IMG/VR virus record: IMGVR_UViG_3300015607_004160
Strand: one strand, 5' to 3'
DNA length: 64,000 nt
Source of the DNA: a virus
Lineage: Duplodnaviria; Caudoviricetes
Both the position numbers and the translations under genes were made by a program. Below, piece by piece: positions 1 through 9,957 of the stretch (position 1 is the stretch's first letter; each line of letters opens with the position of its first letter). Under the pieces are notes generated by a model. It was not told the DNA's origin, searched no databases, and saw nothing but the letters and a program-made list of their open reading frames with translations.

Positions 1-329
1 CATGAATTATCAATATTTGATAATAACTTATCTATAACAGATGAACCATTGAGTTGATTTGAGGTAGCTAAACATTTTTCTTTAGAAAAGACATGTATTG
101 ACTTATCATCTAATTGATAGATGATTTCCCATGACTCATATATAAAATAGGCATACCTATTAATCCTTTTAGTAAATATTAATTTATCAAAGTTAGATAG
201 AATTAGTAAAAACATATTTTCGATGGATTGTTCGTACTCTCTCATCTTTTTATTCCTAATATGATTTAAAAAAAAGACCGCTAGAGTAAATCCAATAATA
301 ATTCCAACTACCAAATAGATTCCGTTCAT
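1..329 (-). CDS. Hypothetical protein with N-terminal membrane anchor (partial, runs off window start)
   Basis: Manual translation from ATG at 329: MNGIYLVVGIIIGFTLAVFFLNHIRNKKMREYEQ...; directly follows the stop of 331..1455. Confidence 0.65.
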   Translation of the reverse strand, partial: MNGIYLVVGIIIGFTLAVFFLNHIRNKKMREYEQSIENMFLLILSNFDKLIFTKRINRYAYFIYESWEIIYQLDDKSIHVFSKEKCLATSNQLNGSSVIDKLLSNIDNS

Positions 330-330
330 A

Positions 331-1455
331 TTATATTTTATAAAATTGTTTACGAATGTTTAGTAAAATTTCATTGATTAGTTCTGAATCTACTATATTT
401 GGTAATGTAGATAATTTAAATAATTCGTCAATTTCACGAATATCAGTTTCAGCATTGTTAATTAGAGTTTGTAGATCAACTTCACCCTTTCTAATTGAGA
501 CTAAATAATCTGCATTCGGTCTACGAACATTGATGCCTTTACCTTCAGCAATCTCTCTTGACATTTCAAGAAGCCTACGACAGTGCATCATATTCTTACC
601 ATCAATCTTCTGACCGTGCGACTGAACATCAACCCATCTTGCCTCATTTTTATTCTTTAACCAGGTTTCATAAGAACGGTAGTCATCACAATGAACAGTA
701 TATCCATCCTTATTATATGATACATATCCAAGAAAGTAATGGTGTGGGCAATCAACTGGAATAGAACTTAATCTAATATCATTTGAATCTTCAAAAGCAA
801 TACCTCTAAATCCCATTAATGGCTGAGTAGAATCTATAATTTCGGTACCAGCAGGTGATTTACCAGAAGCAACATAGTCATAGAATAGAGAATAGGTTTC
901 TCTACTATGAGGGACTTTTGCTAAACCACAATACTTTTGATCCATCCCACTTTTAGATAGAAAGTCAGAAAGGGGGAATGATTTTTCTTTGATATGTAAA
1001 AAGCAGAAATCTAATGGGGTTTTACGAGTAACCCTATTTTTTTCCCAATTTTGCTTTTTATCTTGCCCCTTTGCTTTAGATATTTGTGATTGTGCGTATT
1101 TACCATATGTATTTCTACACTGCTTAGTTATAAATTTATTTTTATTTTCTATAATTTGGTCAAAAATTGGATTTTTATATATAATACAATCTTTTGGTAA
1201 ATTTAAAATTTCCATAATTGTTGGATTATTAGCCCTTAGTAATTCCAAAAATTTTTTTACCTCATAAAAAACAATATCATTTTTAGCATCATTTACCTGA
1301 TCAATATATCCAAACCCTAATATAGTATCTATTGGAGCTACAAAAACTCCTTTTATATCCATATCAGATGTTTCAAGGTTAGTTCCGTAAGCATTCGATC
1401 CAACTATACCTTCAAATATTATTAGTTTATTATCTCTTAAATATTTAATATCCAT
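331..1455 (-). CDS. RlaP/YcgL-like predicted nucleotidyltransferase (Pol-beta superfamily)
   Basis: GIVGSNAYG...SDMDIKGVF motif, NNPTIME, C-terminal KNMMHCRRLL..IRKG helix. Confidence 0.8.
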   Translation of the reverse strand: MDIKYLRDNKLIIFEGIVGSNAYGTNLETSDMDIKGVFVAPIDTILGFGYIDQVNDAKNDIVFYEVKKFLELLRANNPTIMEILNLPKDCIIYKNPIFDQIIENKNKFITKQCRNTYGKYAQSQISKAKGQDKKQNWEKNRVTRKTPLDFCFLHIKEKSFPLSDFLSKSGMDQKYCGLAKVPHSRETYSLFYDYVASGKSPAGTEIIDSTQPLMGFRGIAFEDSNDIRLSSIPVDCPHHYFLGYVSYNKDGYTVHCDDYRSYETWLKNKNEARWVDVQSHGQKIDGKNMMHCRRLLEMSREIAEGKGINVRRPNADYLVSIRKGEVDLQTLINNAETDIREIDELFKLSTLPNIVDSELINEILLNIRKQFYKI

Positions 1456-1470
1456 TTAATTTTATTTTTA

Positions 1471-1478
1471 CAAATATA
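1471..1478 (-). promoter_or_regulatory. Bacteroidota-type -7 promoter element (TATATTTG)
   Basis: Matches TAnnTTTG, 15 nt upstream of the 1455 start; no -33 TTTG seen. Confidence 0.45.
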
Positions 1479-1544
1479 CTATTAAAAAATGAAGGGAGAA
1501 AATAATTAATTATATATACAATATAAAAGGACAAAAAATATAAT

Positions 1545-2528
1545 ATGAATTTTATAGAGGCAAGAAATTTAGTTAGAAATTTAAAAATAAAATCGGTTAA
1601 AGATTGGAAAAATTATCATAGATGCAATCTACTTTCTAAAATTGGAATATCTATACATCCTAATAGGCAATATAGAAATATTGGATGGGTTGATTGGTAT
1701 GACTGGTTAGGAAAGTCTAAGGATAGTAGAAAATACTCAGTTAATGATCATTTTTTTAAAAATGAAAGTAGAAACATGTATTATATAATGGGAATTTTAT
1801 ATGCTGACGGATATTTAAATGATAGAAATAATAATATACTATTAACACAACATGTAGATGATAAATATTTATTAAATAATATTTTGATGGAAATGAATTC
1901 CAATTCAAAAATTAAAAAACACTATGGTAATAATGTATATTTTTCAATAACTTCAAAAGAAATTATTGAAGATCTGAAAAAATTTGGCCTACATCAATCT
2001 AAATCATTTACTATAAAATTTCCTAAAATAAATAGTGAATATGTATCAGATTTTATAAGAGGATTTTTTGATGGAGATGGATGTATAACATTTCAAAAAA
2101 ATGAAAACTGTTATGTATCTTCTTTTGCATCTGGTAGTTATAAATTCATAAATCAATTATTAGAAATACTAAGGGGAAAAATAGATGAATTTAAAGGATC
2201 TATATCCAAAATAGAGAACTCATATGTTTTGAATATAGGGGTTAATGATACTAGAAGATTAGGGAAATATATTTATAATAACATAGAAGGAGTTCTATAT
2301 TTAAAAAGAAAATATGAAAAATTTGTTTTATCAGGAGACATAAAGGTAGCTAATTTCAATAAACAATTCCTTTCATATCAAGAAGCTAAAAAATTTATAA
2401 AATCAAAAGGTATAAATGGATACAGAGAATGGAGGAATTATAAAAAAACTAATAATATTGAAAATATTCCATCAAATCCAGATAAAATATATAAAGAGTA
2501 TAAAAATTGGAAAAATTTTATTAGTTGA
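1545..2528 (+). CDS. LAGLIDADG homing endonuclease with integrase-repeat-like units at both ends
   Basis: YIMGILYADG and FIRGFFDGDG motifs; terminal repeats F.EA..V..L..KS..DW...P...Y...GW..W. Confidence 0.8.
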   Translation: MNFIEARNLVRNLKIKSVKDWKNYHRCNLLSKIGISIHPNRQYRNIGWVDWYDWLGKSKDSRKYSVNDHFFKNESRNMYYIMGILYADGYLNDRNNNILLTQHVDDKYLLNNILMEMNSNSKIKKHYGNNVYFSITSKEIIEDLKKFGLHQSKSFTIKFPKINSEYVSDFIRGFFDGDGCITFQKNENCYVSSFASGSYKFINQLLEILRGKIDEFKGSISKIENSYVLNIGVNDTRRLGKYIYNNIEGVLYLKRKYEKFVLSGDIKVANFNKQFLSYQEAKKFIKSKGINGYREWRNYKKTNNIENIPSNPDKIYKEYKNWKNFIS

Positions 2529-2585
2529 TGAGATAAACAAGGGAGTAATATGTCATATAATATATAACAAAAAATAAGTATTTAT

Positions 2586-3518
2586 ATGCCCGAAGATTTA
2601 AAAAATATAACCGAAGAGGAATATCTTAAAAAACACCTAGAACAACTTGAAGGAAATAAAGTAAATTCTACTGCTCCTAAAGTTAAAGTTGAAGTAGATA
2701 ACTCTACTGTTAACAATCTGAATTATCTAGCATTTGATGTTAGAGAATTTCCTTGTGGGATTTTCTATCCAGTTGGTTCTACTATTCAAATTAGAGCTGC
2801 TGAGGTTAAAGAAATTCAAGCATACTCAATGGTTGATGATACTAACTATTATGATATTGTTGAAAAGATGAATGAAATGCTCCTAGCATGTGTTAGGATC
2901 AAATATCCAGATGGTAGCATTGGAACATATATGGATTTAAGAGATCCAGATAGATTTTATTTAATATTCATGATTAGAGAATTAACATTCCAAGCAGGAA
3001 ACACTTTAGTTACAAAGGCTAACTGTTCTTGTGGTAATGAAGTTCAAATAGAATTAAAAAGAGAAAACTTCAGAGTATTCTCTGTAGCTGAGAAGTTAAA
3101 GAAGTATTATGATCCATCTAATAGATGTTTTACATTTGAAACAATAGATGGTGATATCTATCACTTATCTCCGCCTACAATCGGTTTACAAAAAGCATTT
3201 ACTGACTATATAGTTAAAGAAAATGCAGAAAAGAGGAAACCTAATTTATCTTTTTTAAAAATTATTCCTTTTGTTCTATTTGATAGAACAACTATTACCC
3301 AAGAAGGAATTAAAGCTAAATTGGATGAATTTACTAAAATGAATAATTCTTCATTCCAATTTTTAAATTCAGCAGTTGAGAAATTATCATTTGGTATTGA
3401 AAAAGTTGCCAAGGATTGTAGCTGTGGAATGGAGGTGCACAGCGATATGATATTTCCCAACGGACCGTCAGCTCTTTTCATTGATGATGATGCCTTTGAA
3501 AAGTTTATTAAAGAATAA
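2586..3518 (+). CDS. T4 gp26-like baseplate hub/tail assembly protein
   Basis: Two CSCG motifs, DRFYLIFMIRELT segment, and a following small gp51-like ORF. Confidence 0.5.
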   Translation: MPEDLKNITEEEYLKKHLEQLEGNKVNSTAPKVKVEVDNSTVNNLNYLAFDVREFPCGIFYPVGSTIQIRAAEVKEIQAYSMVDDTNYYDIVEKMNEMLLACVRIKYPDGSIGTYMDLRDPDRFYLIFMIRELTFQAGNTLVTKANCSCGNEVQIELKRENFRVFSVAEKLKKYYDPSNRCFTFETIDGDIYHLSPPTIGLQKAFTDYIVKENAEKRKPNLSFLKIIPFVLFDRTTITQEGIKAKLDEFTKMNNSSFQFLNSAVEKLSFGIEKVAKDCSCGMEVHSDMIFPNGPSALFIDDDAFEKFIKE

Positions 3519-3738
3519 ACTGCTTCTTCAAAAACACTATCACTTGCAAGAAAAAAGTATTGATTCATGGCCATACTGGATGTTTGAAGAGAATATTAAA
3601 ATTGTAAATGAAATTACAGATGAAGAAGAAAAGGAAAGAAAACGAGAAGAAGAGAAGCAAAAGATGAATACACCTAATTTTAACCCATCTTCATATATGA
3701 GTGGTATGTCGAATATGGCAAGTAAATTTGGAAAATAA
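3481..3738 (+). CDS. T4 gp51-like baseplate hub assembly protein
   Basis: LLQKHYHLQEKSIDSWPYWMFE resembles the L..H..YS..EIE.M.PWE motif of gp51-like proteins; overlaps the end of the gp26-like gene. Confidence 0.45.
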   Translation: MMMMPLKSLLKNKLLLQKHYHLQEKSIDSWPYWMFEENIKIVNEITDEEEKERKREEEKQKMNTPNFNPSSYMSGMSNMASKFGK

Positions 3739-3760
3739 CCGTAATATTTACGGTTATTTT
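3732..3760. terminator. Bidirectional intrinsic terminator
   Basis: aaaataaccgtaa-tat-ttacggttatttt perfect hairpin between convergent genes. Confidence 0.75.
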
Positions 3761-3772
3761 TTTATGTGATAT

Positions 3773-4321
3773 TTAATTGAACTTAAATTCAATAGTTAAC
3801 TGCATTATTCTTCTATGTGGTTGGTTAAGATATGGATTAGATATAATATCTGAAAATGATTTAGATATATCTGATGATATTTTTTCCTTTTTAACTTTAT
3901 TTCCTAGTTTTATAATTTTTTGTATATGATCATCGGTTATTTCTTTTGTTTTATTATAATCACTCGTTATTTTTTTAATAAAATTTTTCCAAATAGTATC
4001 ATTCTCATCTTCAATTCCATTATAGTAGTTACAAACTCTATTCCTATACCTCTCTAAATCATTTAGTAGTTTACTATCAATAAATTTATCTAAATTATCA
4101 TATGAATGATAATTGGGGTCATAATTAAATATTTCATATCTAATTATTACTAATACTGTTTGGAGTTGAACATCTTCAAGTTTAACAAACCTATAACTAT
4201 TTCCATTAAACTGATTATTCGTTGCTTCCTTTAAATTCCACTTATCTGCAACTTCAATAAATAAGTCTGTTATAAATTCATAGTCATCATTAAAATTCTC
4301 ATATAATTTAAGATATTTCAT
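3773..4321 (-). CDS. Hypothetical protein with N-terminal MKYLKLYENF tag (module B)
   Basis: N-terminal motif; DLFIEVADKW matches DLFLEIADKF of 60460..61551. Confidence 0.7.
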   Translation of the reverse strand: MKYLKLYENFNDDYEFITDLFIEVADKWNLKEATNNQFNGNSYRFVKLEDVQLQTVLVIIRYEIFNYDPNYHSYDNLDKFIDSKLLNDLERYRNRVCNYYNGIEDENDTIWKNFIKKITSDYNKTKEITDDHIQKIIKLGNKVKKEKISSDISKSFSDIISNPYLNQPHRRIMQLTIEFKFN

Positions 4322-4722
4322 CTATACTTTCTAAAATTTGTATGAGCATCTTTTTTAATAAATTCAATATTTTCTCTAGATGCTGCTTCGTGTAAAAATT
4401 TAACTTTTTTATAAATTTTCTTAGCTAGAAGATGGCTTATGTTTAATTTAACATCATCTATAAATATCTTATAAGATACACCACCATCAGAGGCAAGTGG
4501 TATAGAGGTATTGAAAAGCCTAGCAGGTCCTTCCGATAATTCTATTTTAATACTAAAATCATCAAGTGTAAACGAATGTGTACTATCAGCATAGGAGTGA
4601 GGATTCCTTACAACAACAACTTCTAAATTTGATAAAGAATCTAATTTGTTTAAGATACCATTCGCTGTTTCAACATCTAAATTTTTTTTAAAGAAACCTT
4701 CAAATGTTTTAATATTTTTCAT
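4318..4722 (-). CDS. Hypothetical tagged protein (MKNIKTFEGF), paralog of 47323..47694
   Basis: Start re-assigned to ATG at 4722 after TAATATATA; ETA.GILN..D, F..D.F.IK, I.KDA...F shared with 47323. Confidence 0.7.
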   Translation of the reverse strand: MKNIKTFEGFFKKNLDVETANGILNKLDSLSNLEVVVVRNPHSYADSTHSFTLDDFSIKIELSEGPARLFNTSIPLASDGGVSYKIFIDDVKLNISHLLAKKIYKKVKFLHEAASRENIEFIKKDAHTNFRKYR

Positions 4723-4793
4723 AATGTATATATTAAAATAGTTTTTCAATTTAATATATAAGATACGTACTGCTACCTTAGGATAGTACAAAA

Positions 4794-4820
4794 AACCACA
4801 CCCTTAGACCAGGTGTGGTT
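4794..4820 (-). terminator. Intrinsic terminator downstream of Nampt
   Basis: aaccacacc...ggtgtggtt inverted repeat with an A-run on the left (U-tail on the - strand). Confidence 0.6.
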
Positions 4821-4841
4821 TAATTTTATTATGAAATTTTA

Positions 4842-6593
4842 TTATGAATAGTTTTGAGCTAACTTTTTAGGAGCGTATTTCTTTAACAACTGAATCCTTA
4901 CCTCTTTAATCTTATCGGATGTTGGATAATTGTGATTGTCCATATTTGATAGCGTTAATGGCATTGTTTCCATTTGGTCTTGAATACGTTGTTTAATAGT
5001 CAAGAAGTCGTCATTATAACCCTCTTTGAAAGGTTCCCATATATCGGCCCCATTAAAATAATCGACCATTACATCTTCTCCTGGCTCGTCTGGGAAGACA
5101 ACTGTTTTCATAGACTCTAAAGCCTCTTTACTTCTTAAGAGTTTAAAGGGTCCTGGTAATGTTGTTTTCTCAAGTGTTTCAGAGAACTTACAAACAGGTT
5201 TAAATTCCTTACCAATAGCACATAGTGCATATTTAGCTGAGAAGTTATCTCTTGCTAATTCATTTCTCAATCCACCTCCAACTCCATAAAGACCCCAAGC
5301 GAAAGGAGGAAACCCATGTAGAATCAAATCTTCATTAATCTCTTTCATTTTTTCCCAACTCATACCATCACCTTCAATAAATTTCATACTTGTTCCAAAA
5401 CGCCATTCTTTTTTAAGAATTGTTTGTACAGTAGACAATCCGTGTTTGTGTGCCAATTTACATAACCATAATACTTGTTCTGCAGGATCTCCAGAGTCAG
5501 GGCGACCTACAACAACTTTGCCATTTTCTTCAATTGCATTTTGCATTGCTAACGGAAGTAAAATGTTTTCAACAGTGTCGAAATATGCGTAACAGTCAGC
5601 TACGTGTGAGTCAATAGATCCATCTTCAGCGACACTGTTTAATTTTTCGTGACAATCTTTTTCACTTTCAAACCCTTGAACATTTCTGTGAGCCAAAGCA
5701 AATACAGAACTTGCGATACCTGCAGCTTCTCCTGAATTTTTCCATGCTTGATATGCTCCAGAAAATGTATCTGTACCAGAAAAAATATAAAGTGCATCTG
5801 CGGCTAGCCATTCGGATTCTTGTGGAACCATACCCGCTCTACATCCAAAGTTATGTAACATTAATCCAGCTAAGAACTTTACCTGGTCTTTAGAAATGGT
5901 ATCTCTATATACATGATATACTATACTCTTACAATATTCAAACCAGTGAGCAAGTTGTGTAACCATTTCACAAGAAGCCCAAATCTTTAGAATTGTACTC
6001 TCAAACCAAGCAGCTAATTCACCAAATCCTTCTGGGATATTTTCAATGATAACAACTGGTTCATTTGGATATACAACCGATCCTTCTTTAACCGCTCTAA
6101 TTTTAATTGGAGGTCGACCATTATACTCATCTACAATTCTTCTCCAAAGTTCCTCTGGGAAGTACATTGGTTTAAGGCCTTTTGTAGTTACTTTCTTATC
6201 TGCTAAGAATCTTTTAGTTTCATCAATTTCTTCATGTGTAATTGGCTCGTAAAATAAATAATCAAGTATTCTTGACAAACCAGTAAATACAATACGATTA
6301 TCCCCTTTATTATAAAGATTGTGATTGACTTTTTCTAATACCCTACGATAGGTAATGTAATAAACAGATTTTTCTTTAGCTTCTTCTGAAGCGAACAAAT
6401 TAGAACTAATTGTATAAGAATCAGCGATTAGTAATCTTGGGGTTTTATGAATTTTTCTTTTAGGTAGTTTTACTTTTTTTACTTTTTTTACACTTATGAA
6501 CTCATCTGATTGATCGGTGTACGGTCTGCAGTATCCGAATGAAGTTCCAAATTGTGTATCTTCAATGTCGTAGTTATTATTGTGTGTTCCCAT
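4842..6593 (-). CDS. nadV: Nicotinamide phosphoribosyltransferase (Nampt/NadV-like)
   Basis: LIADSY, IRAVKEG, LHNFGCR, GTDT, RPDSGDP, EGDG, GVGGGL motifs. Confidence 0.85.
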   Translation of the reverse strand: MGTHNNNYDIEDTQFGTSFGYCRPYTDQSDEFISVKKVKKVKLPKRKIHKTPRLLIADSYTISSNLFASEEAKEKSVYYITYRRVLEKVNHNLYNKGDNRIVFTGLSRILDYLFYEPITHEEIDETKRFLADKKVTTKGLKPMYFPEELWRRIVDEYNGRPPIKIRAVKEGSVVYPNEPVVIIENIPEGFGELAAWFESTILKIWASCEMVTQLAHWFEYCKSIVYHVYRDTISKDQVKFLAGLMLHNFGCRAGMVPQESEWLAADALYIFSGTDTFSGAYQAWKNSGEAAGIASSVFALAHRNVQGFESEKDCHEKLNSVAEDGSIDSHVADCYAYFDTVENILLPLAMQNAIEENGKVVVGRPDSGDPAEQVLWLCKLAHKHGLSTVQTILKKEWRFGTSMKFIEGDGMSWEKMKEINEDLILHGFPPFAWGLYGVGGGLRNELARDNFSAKYALCAIGKEFKPVCKFSETLEKTTLPGPFKLLRSKEALESMKTVVFPDEPGEDVMVDYFNGADIWEPFKEGYNDDFLTIKQRIQDQMETMPLTLSNMDNHNYPTSDKIKEVRIQLLKKYAPKKLAQNYS

Positions 6594-6609
6594 TTTTTTT
6601 AATTTATTT

Positions 6610-7527
6610 TTATTTTGTTAGTAAAATAGACATCATTGATTGATGTTCTTCAACAATCAATTTTTGTATTCCACCAATTTCTTTTAAATCTTTTAAATCA
6701 AACCATCTGAGTTCTTCAACATCATCTGATGGTTCTAAATGACCAAATAGATATTTAGCCTTAAATAAGGTAGTCATAATTTTATCTCTTTCAGAACGAT
6801 ACCTCCAATCATCTACTCTGAAACTACCGATATACCCAGTTATAGAAATTTCAGCGCCGGCTTCTTCCATAAACTCCCTCTTGGCTGTATGTTCAAGTGA
6901 TGTGTCTTTAACATCCACAAATCCACCAATAAATCTATACTTATCTTCACCTGGCTTTTTAGCTAATAGAAGTTGGTTTTCTTCCTCATTAAAAACTGCA
7001 ACATCTACTGTTTGATAAGAGGTCGAATATCTATTATAACTACCATATATAACACCAGCTCTCCATTCTTTTGAGGATTTAATTTCTTCTGAAACTTGTT
7101 TTCTAACCTCTGTTCCAGATACATAGATTTCCTGTTCTAACTCAGCGGTATCAAATTGGCCTTTATAGTGTGGAATAAATGAATCTCTACTTCCGTATAG
7201 AAGTACATTTCCAATTTGAAATACTTCTCTAATTCTTGAGTCTAGATTTCTAGACCATATTTCATCACTTCTGGTATCAGGAAGAGATAGAACAACGATT
7301 TCCGGGTATTTTTCCTGAATCATTGCTTTTCTTGAAGCAAAATCGAGTGGGTTAGAACTTGATCCAATTACTTTAGTAACACCCAAGAAAAGGATTACTT
7401 TTTTGTGATTAGATAAAACACTTTCAATTACATCACAGTGTGCTTTATGAAGTTGATGTAACTGGAATCGACCAATGATTACTCCAATTTCATACTTACT
7501 TGTGTCTATGTCGTCTTTAATTTTCAT
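6610..7527 (-). CDS. Bifunctional NMN adenylyltransferase / Nudix ADP-ribose pyrophosphatase (NadM-Nudix, NatV-like)
   Basis: IGRFQ..HKAH nucleotidyltransferase motif, NPL, SGTEVR; Nudix box GGFVD...AKREFMEEAG. Confidence 0.9.
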   Translation of the reverse strand: MKIKDDIDTSKYEIGVIIGRFQLHQLHKAHCDVIESVLSNHKKVILFLGVTKVIGSSSNPLDFASRKAMIQEKYPEIVVLSLPDTRSDEIWSRNLDSRIREVFQIGNVLLYGSRDSFIPHYKGQFDTAELEQEIYVSGTEVRKQVSEEIKSSKEWRAGVIYGSYNRYSTSYQTVDVAVFNEEENQLLLAKKPGEDKYRFIGGFVDVKDTSLEHTAKREFMEEAGAEISITGYIGSFRVDDWRYRSERDKIMTTLFKAKYLFGHLEPSDDVEELRWFDLKDLKEIGGIQKLIVEEHQSMMSILLTK

Positions 7528-7550
7528 ATTAATAAATTTATTTTTCTATA

Positions 7551-7558
7551 CAAAGATA
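7551..7558 (-). promoter_or_regulatory. Bacteroidota-type -7 promoter element (TATCTTTG) upstream of the NAD salvage genes
   Basis: Matches TAnnTTTG about 23 nt upstream of the 7527 start. Confidence 0.45.
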
Positions 7559-7582
7559 CACCTTTTTTTTATTTGTTTTTTC

Positions 7583-8326
7583 TTACTTCCCGTACCTTCC
7601 ATGAATTTTACCAATTCCATTTATATCTATTTCTACATACCTTTTTGGATCAATTACCAACATCTCACGAATGTATTCAAATTCATAAGGTAATTCTAAA
7701 ATAGACAACTCGTTTTTTAATTTTTCTTCTAATCCAATTGAGTCCTTAATAAAAAAGATATCCGTATCAGCATATATCCATCCGTCATATTTTGTAAAAT
7801 GTTCCATTATAGAGTATCCTCTGCCTGTTACTAACTCCCTTTCATCTTTTGTTAATTTTTTACCATAGAAGTAATTGACGTACATTTTCAAGCACATTTT
7901 TCCATCAGTACTTAATAATCCTCGGATTAATTTATATTTTTTAATTAGATAATAGAAAGATTCGTATTTTATATCAAGGTCTAAAATTTCCTCTTCGTGT
8001 AATCTACAAATAATATTGGGATAAAACATTGAAAATTCAATTTTTAAAACATCATTTGCTTTATATTGTGTTGAATATATCTGTGAGTAAGATCCTCCTT
8101 TCTTAACAAGAGGAAATTGTTGAGGTTTTTTCTGATCTAATTTGGATTCGATTCCAATTAATAATTCGATTCGATAAATTCTTCTAAGTGCAGTATTAAT
8201 ATTATTCCAAACATCAGCATTTCTGAAGTTCGTTTTATCATCATTAATTTCAGTTGAGAAATATTCGAATATTGATACAATATTATTAATGTATGTTTCC
8301 ATTTTGAACTTATCTTTAATGAACAA
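7583..8326 (-). CDS. Minimal/degenerate family B DNA polymerase catalytic core
   Basis: Motif A-like IEFSMFYPNII, motif B KMYVNYFYG, VTGRG, motif C YADTD and PKRY, all in canonical order. Confidence 0.65.
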   Translation of the reverse strand: MFIKDKFKMETYINNIVSIFEYFSTEINDDKTNFRNADVWNNINTALRRIYRIELLIGIESKLDQKKPQQFPLVKKGGSYSQIYSTQYKANDVLKIEFSMFYPNIICRLHEEEILDLDIKYESFYYLIKKYKLIRGLLSTDGKMCLKMYVNYFYGKKLTKDERELVTGRGYSIMEHFTKYDGWIYADTDIFFIKDSIGLEEKLKNELSILELPYEFEYIREMLVIDPKRYVEIDINGIGKIHGRYGK

Positions 8327-8381
8327 CTTATGAAATTATCTTCGTTGTATTACTATATATACTATTTTAAAATCAAAAAGT

Positions 8382-9620
8382 TTAATTTATTTCTTCATAA
8401 TATCCACCGGTATCACCCATTAACCCCTGTGCATCTATAGTAGTAGGATAATTTGAAATTATTTTGTCATCAAAATTAATATAAGTTAATGAATCAACAT
8501 AAGGATAGCGATCAAACCTTGACTTTTCTAATTTTACCGTATATTCAGCACTTTTAGATGTGACTCCGTTAGTAACATTAAATCTTTGTGATGAGTTTTG
8601 AACAGACTTAGACCACCAACCCTTCTCGAAGGCATATTTTTGAAATAAAGGAACATCCGAGTCATAGTTAGTGTATATTCTATCCATAAAAATATCTCCT
8701 TGATCTGTAGTCCAAACAAGAGCCCTACCTTTTATCTTTCTAGAAACATATTTATCACCTTGAATAGTTCCATTATCCGACTGCAGTATAAGAAGGCGAC
8801 AGTTTTTATTATTTGTATATATGTCAAAATAATCTTCATCAACATTCGCCATACAAGAGCTGCCTAATGTAGACTCCTCACATTCATAATTACTCATATT
8901 ATACCAATAAGCAATATCATCTCCTTCTACTAATCTAAATTTTAAAAAAGCATCATTCATCATATCATATGTAGATTTATATGAGTTTACAAAATCTTCA
9001 ATTTCCTTGTCTGTGAACTTTATTTCAGCAGCAGTCAGAACTGATCTAACTAGTCTTCCTATTTTAATATTATTCCTAAATGTTGACCATATCTTAGTTA
9101 ATTTTTCATCATATGGAATCACAGCTGTTTTATTTAAAACAGTTTGATTGCGACCATCTTCAGATACAAACCAAACATATATTCTATCACTCATATTAGA
9201 TTTAGCTTCACTTTTGATGATTCCTATAGCACCTCTTTCTGGTTCCCATGGATCCTCATCTTCATTAGGAGTATATCCTAATCTACTGAATATATCGAAA
9301 TTTCTTTTACTATTTGTTAAGTATCTATCTGTGTGAGTTACTCTATATTTAATAACTGGATCTTCATCTCCAAAAAATTCCTTAGCTTTTCTATCTGCGG
9401 TAAATGTTACTTCATCTTTGGCCTTTCCGGTATCTATGTAATTTTGAGTAAAATTTTTATCTACACCGTTTTTACTTAATGTAATTAGCTCTTTAGCTAT
9501 TCTATTTTTCTTAATTTGACTAACTAAATTAATAAACTTATCAGAATATTGAATTTTTGATTCCAATATTAATGATTCAAATAATAATTCAAATTGGAAA
9601 TCACTATATCTCTTAATCAT
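8382..9620 (-). CDS. Hypothetical phage protein (tag-like N-terminus; LGSSCM...GRALVW...MDRIY domain)
   Basis: 412-aa ORF with TAATATATA upstream; no function assignable. Confidence 0.7.
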   Translation of the reverse strand: MIKRYSDFQFELLFESLILESKIQYSDKFINLVSQIKKNRIAKELITLSKNGVDKNFTQNYIDTGKAKDEVTFTADRKAKEFFGDEDPVIKYRVTHTDRYLTNSKRNFDIFSRLGYTPNEDEDPWEPERGAIGIIKSEAKSNMSDRIYVWFVSEDGRNQTVLNKTAVIPYDEKLTKIWSTFRNNIKIGRLVRSVLTAAEIKFTDKEIEDFVNSYKSTYDMMNDAFLKFRLVEGDDIAYWYNMSNYECEESTLGSSCMANVDEDYFDIYTNNKNCRLLILQSDNGTIQGDKYVSRKIKGRALVWTTDQGDIFMDRIYTNYDSDVPLFQKYAFEKGWWSKSVQNSSQRFNVTNGVTSKSAEYTVKLEKSRFDRYPYVDSLTYINFDDKIISNYPTTIDAQGLMGDTGGYYEEIN

Positions 9621-9723
9621 AAAGTATATATTAATTAATCTTTTTTAATTTTTGATTTATTAAAATTTAATTTTTTAAATACACTTTACTATTTATCAAA
9701 TATTTATCAAAATATATACTCGT

Positions 9724-9957
9724 ATGAGGGACGATCTAATCCGTACTATCAGAATATTGGGTGTTAATTATAATGAGATATTTATAGATATTGATGTAGA
9801 TGGATTTACAATAAATTCTCTAGAAATTAGAGATGGATCTGCTATAGTATTACATTCATTTGTGAATGATATGGACCTTGAATTTTTCTATGATGATTTA
9901 ATAGAAGAAGATAGAAAAACCATCTATCGATCATTATGTAGTTTTCTATATAATTAA
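9724..9957 (+). CDS. Hypothetical protein
   Basis: ORF fills the intergenic gap; AATATATA upstream. Confidence 0.55.
   Translation: MRDDLIRTIRILGVNYNEIFIDIDVDGFTINSLEIRDGSAIVLHSFVNDMDLEFFYDDLIEEDRKTIYRSLCSFLYN

Noticed and set aside
3481-3518. Programmed frameshift joining the gp26-like and gp51-like ORFs
   Set aside because: The overlap exists, but I see no convincing slippery heptamer and the downstream ORF has its own ATGs.
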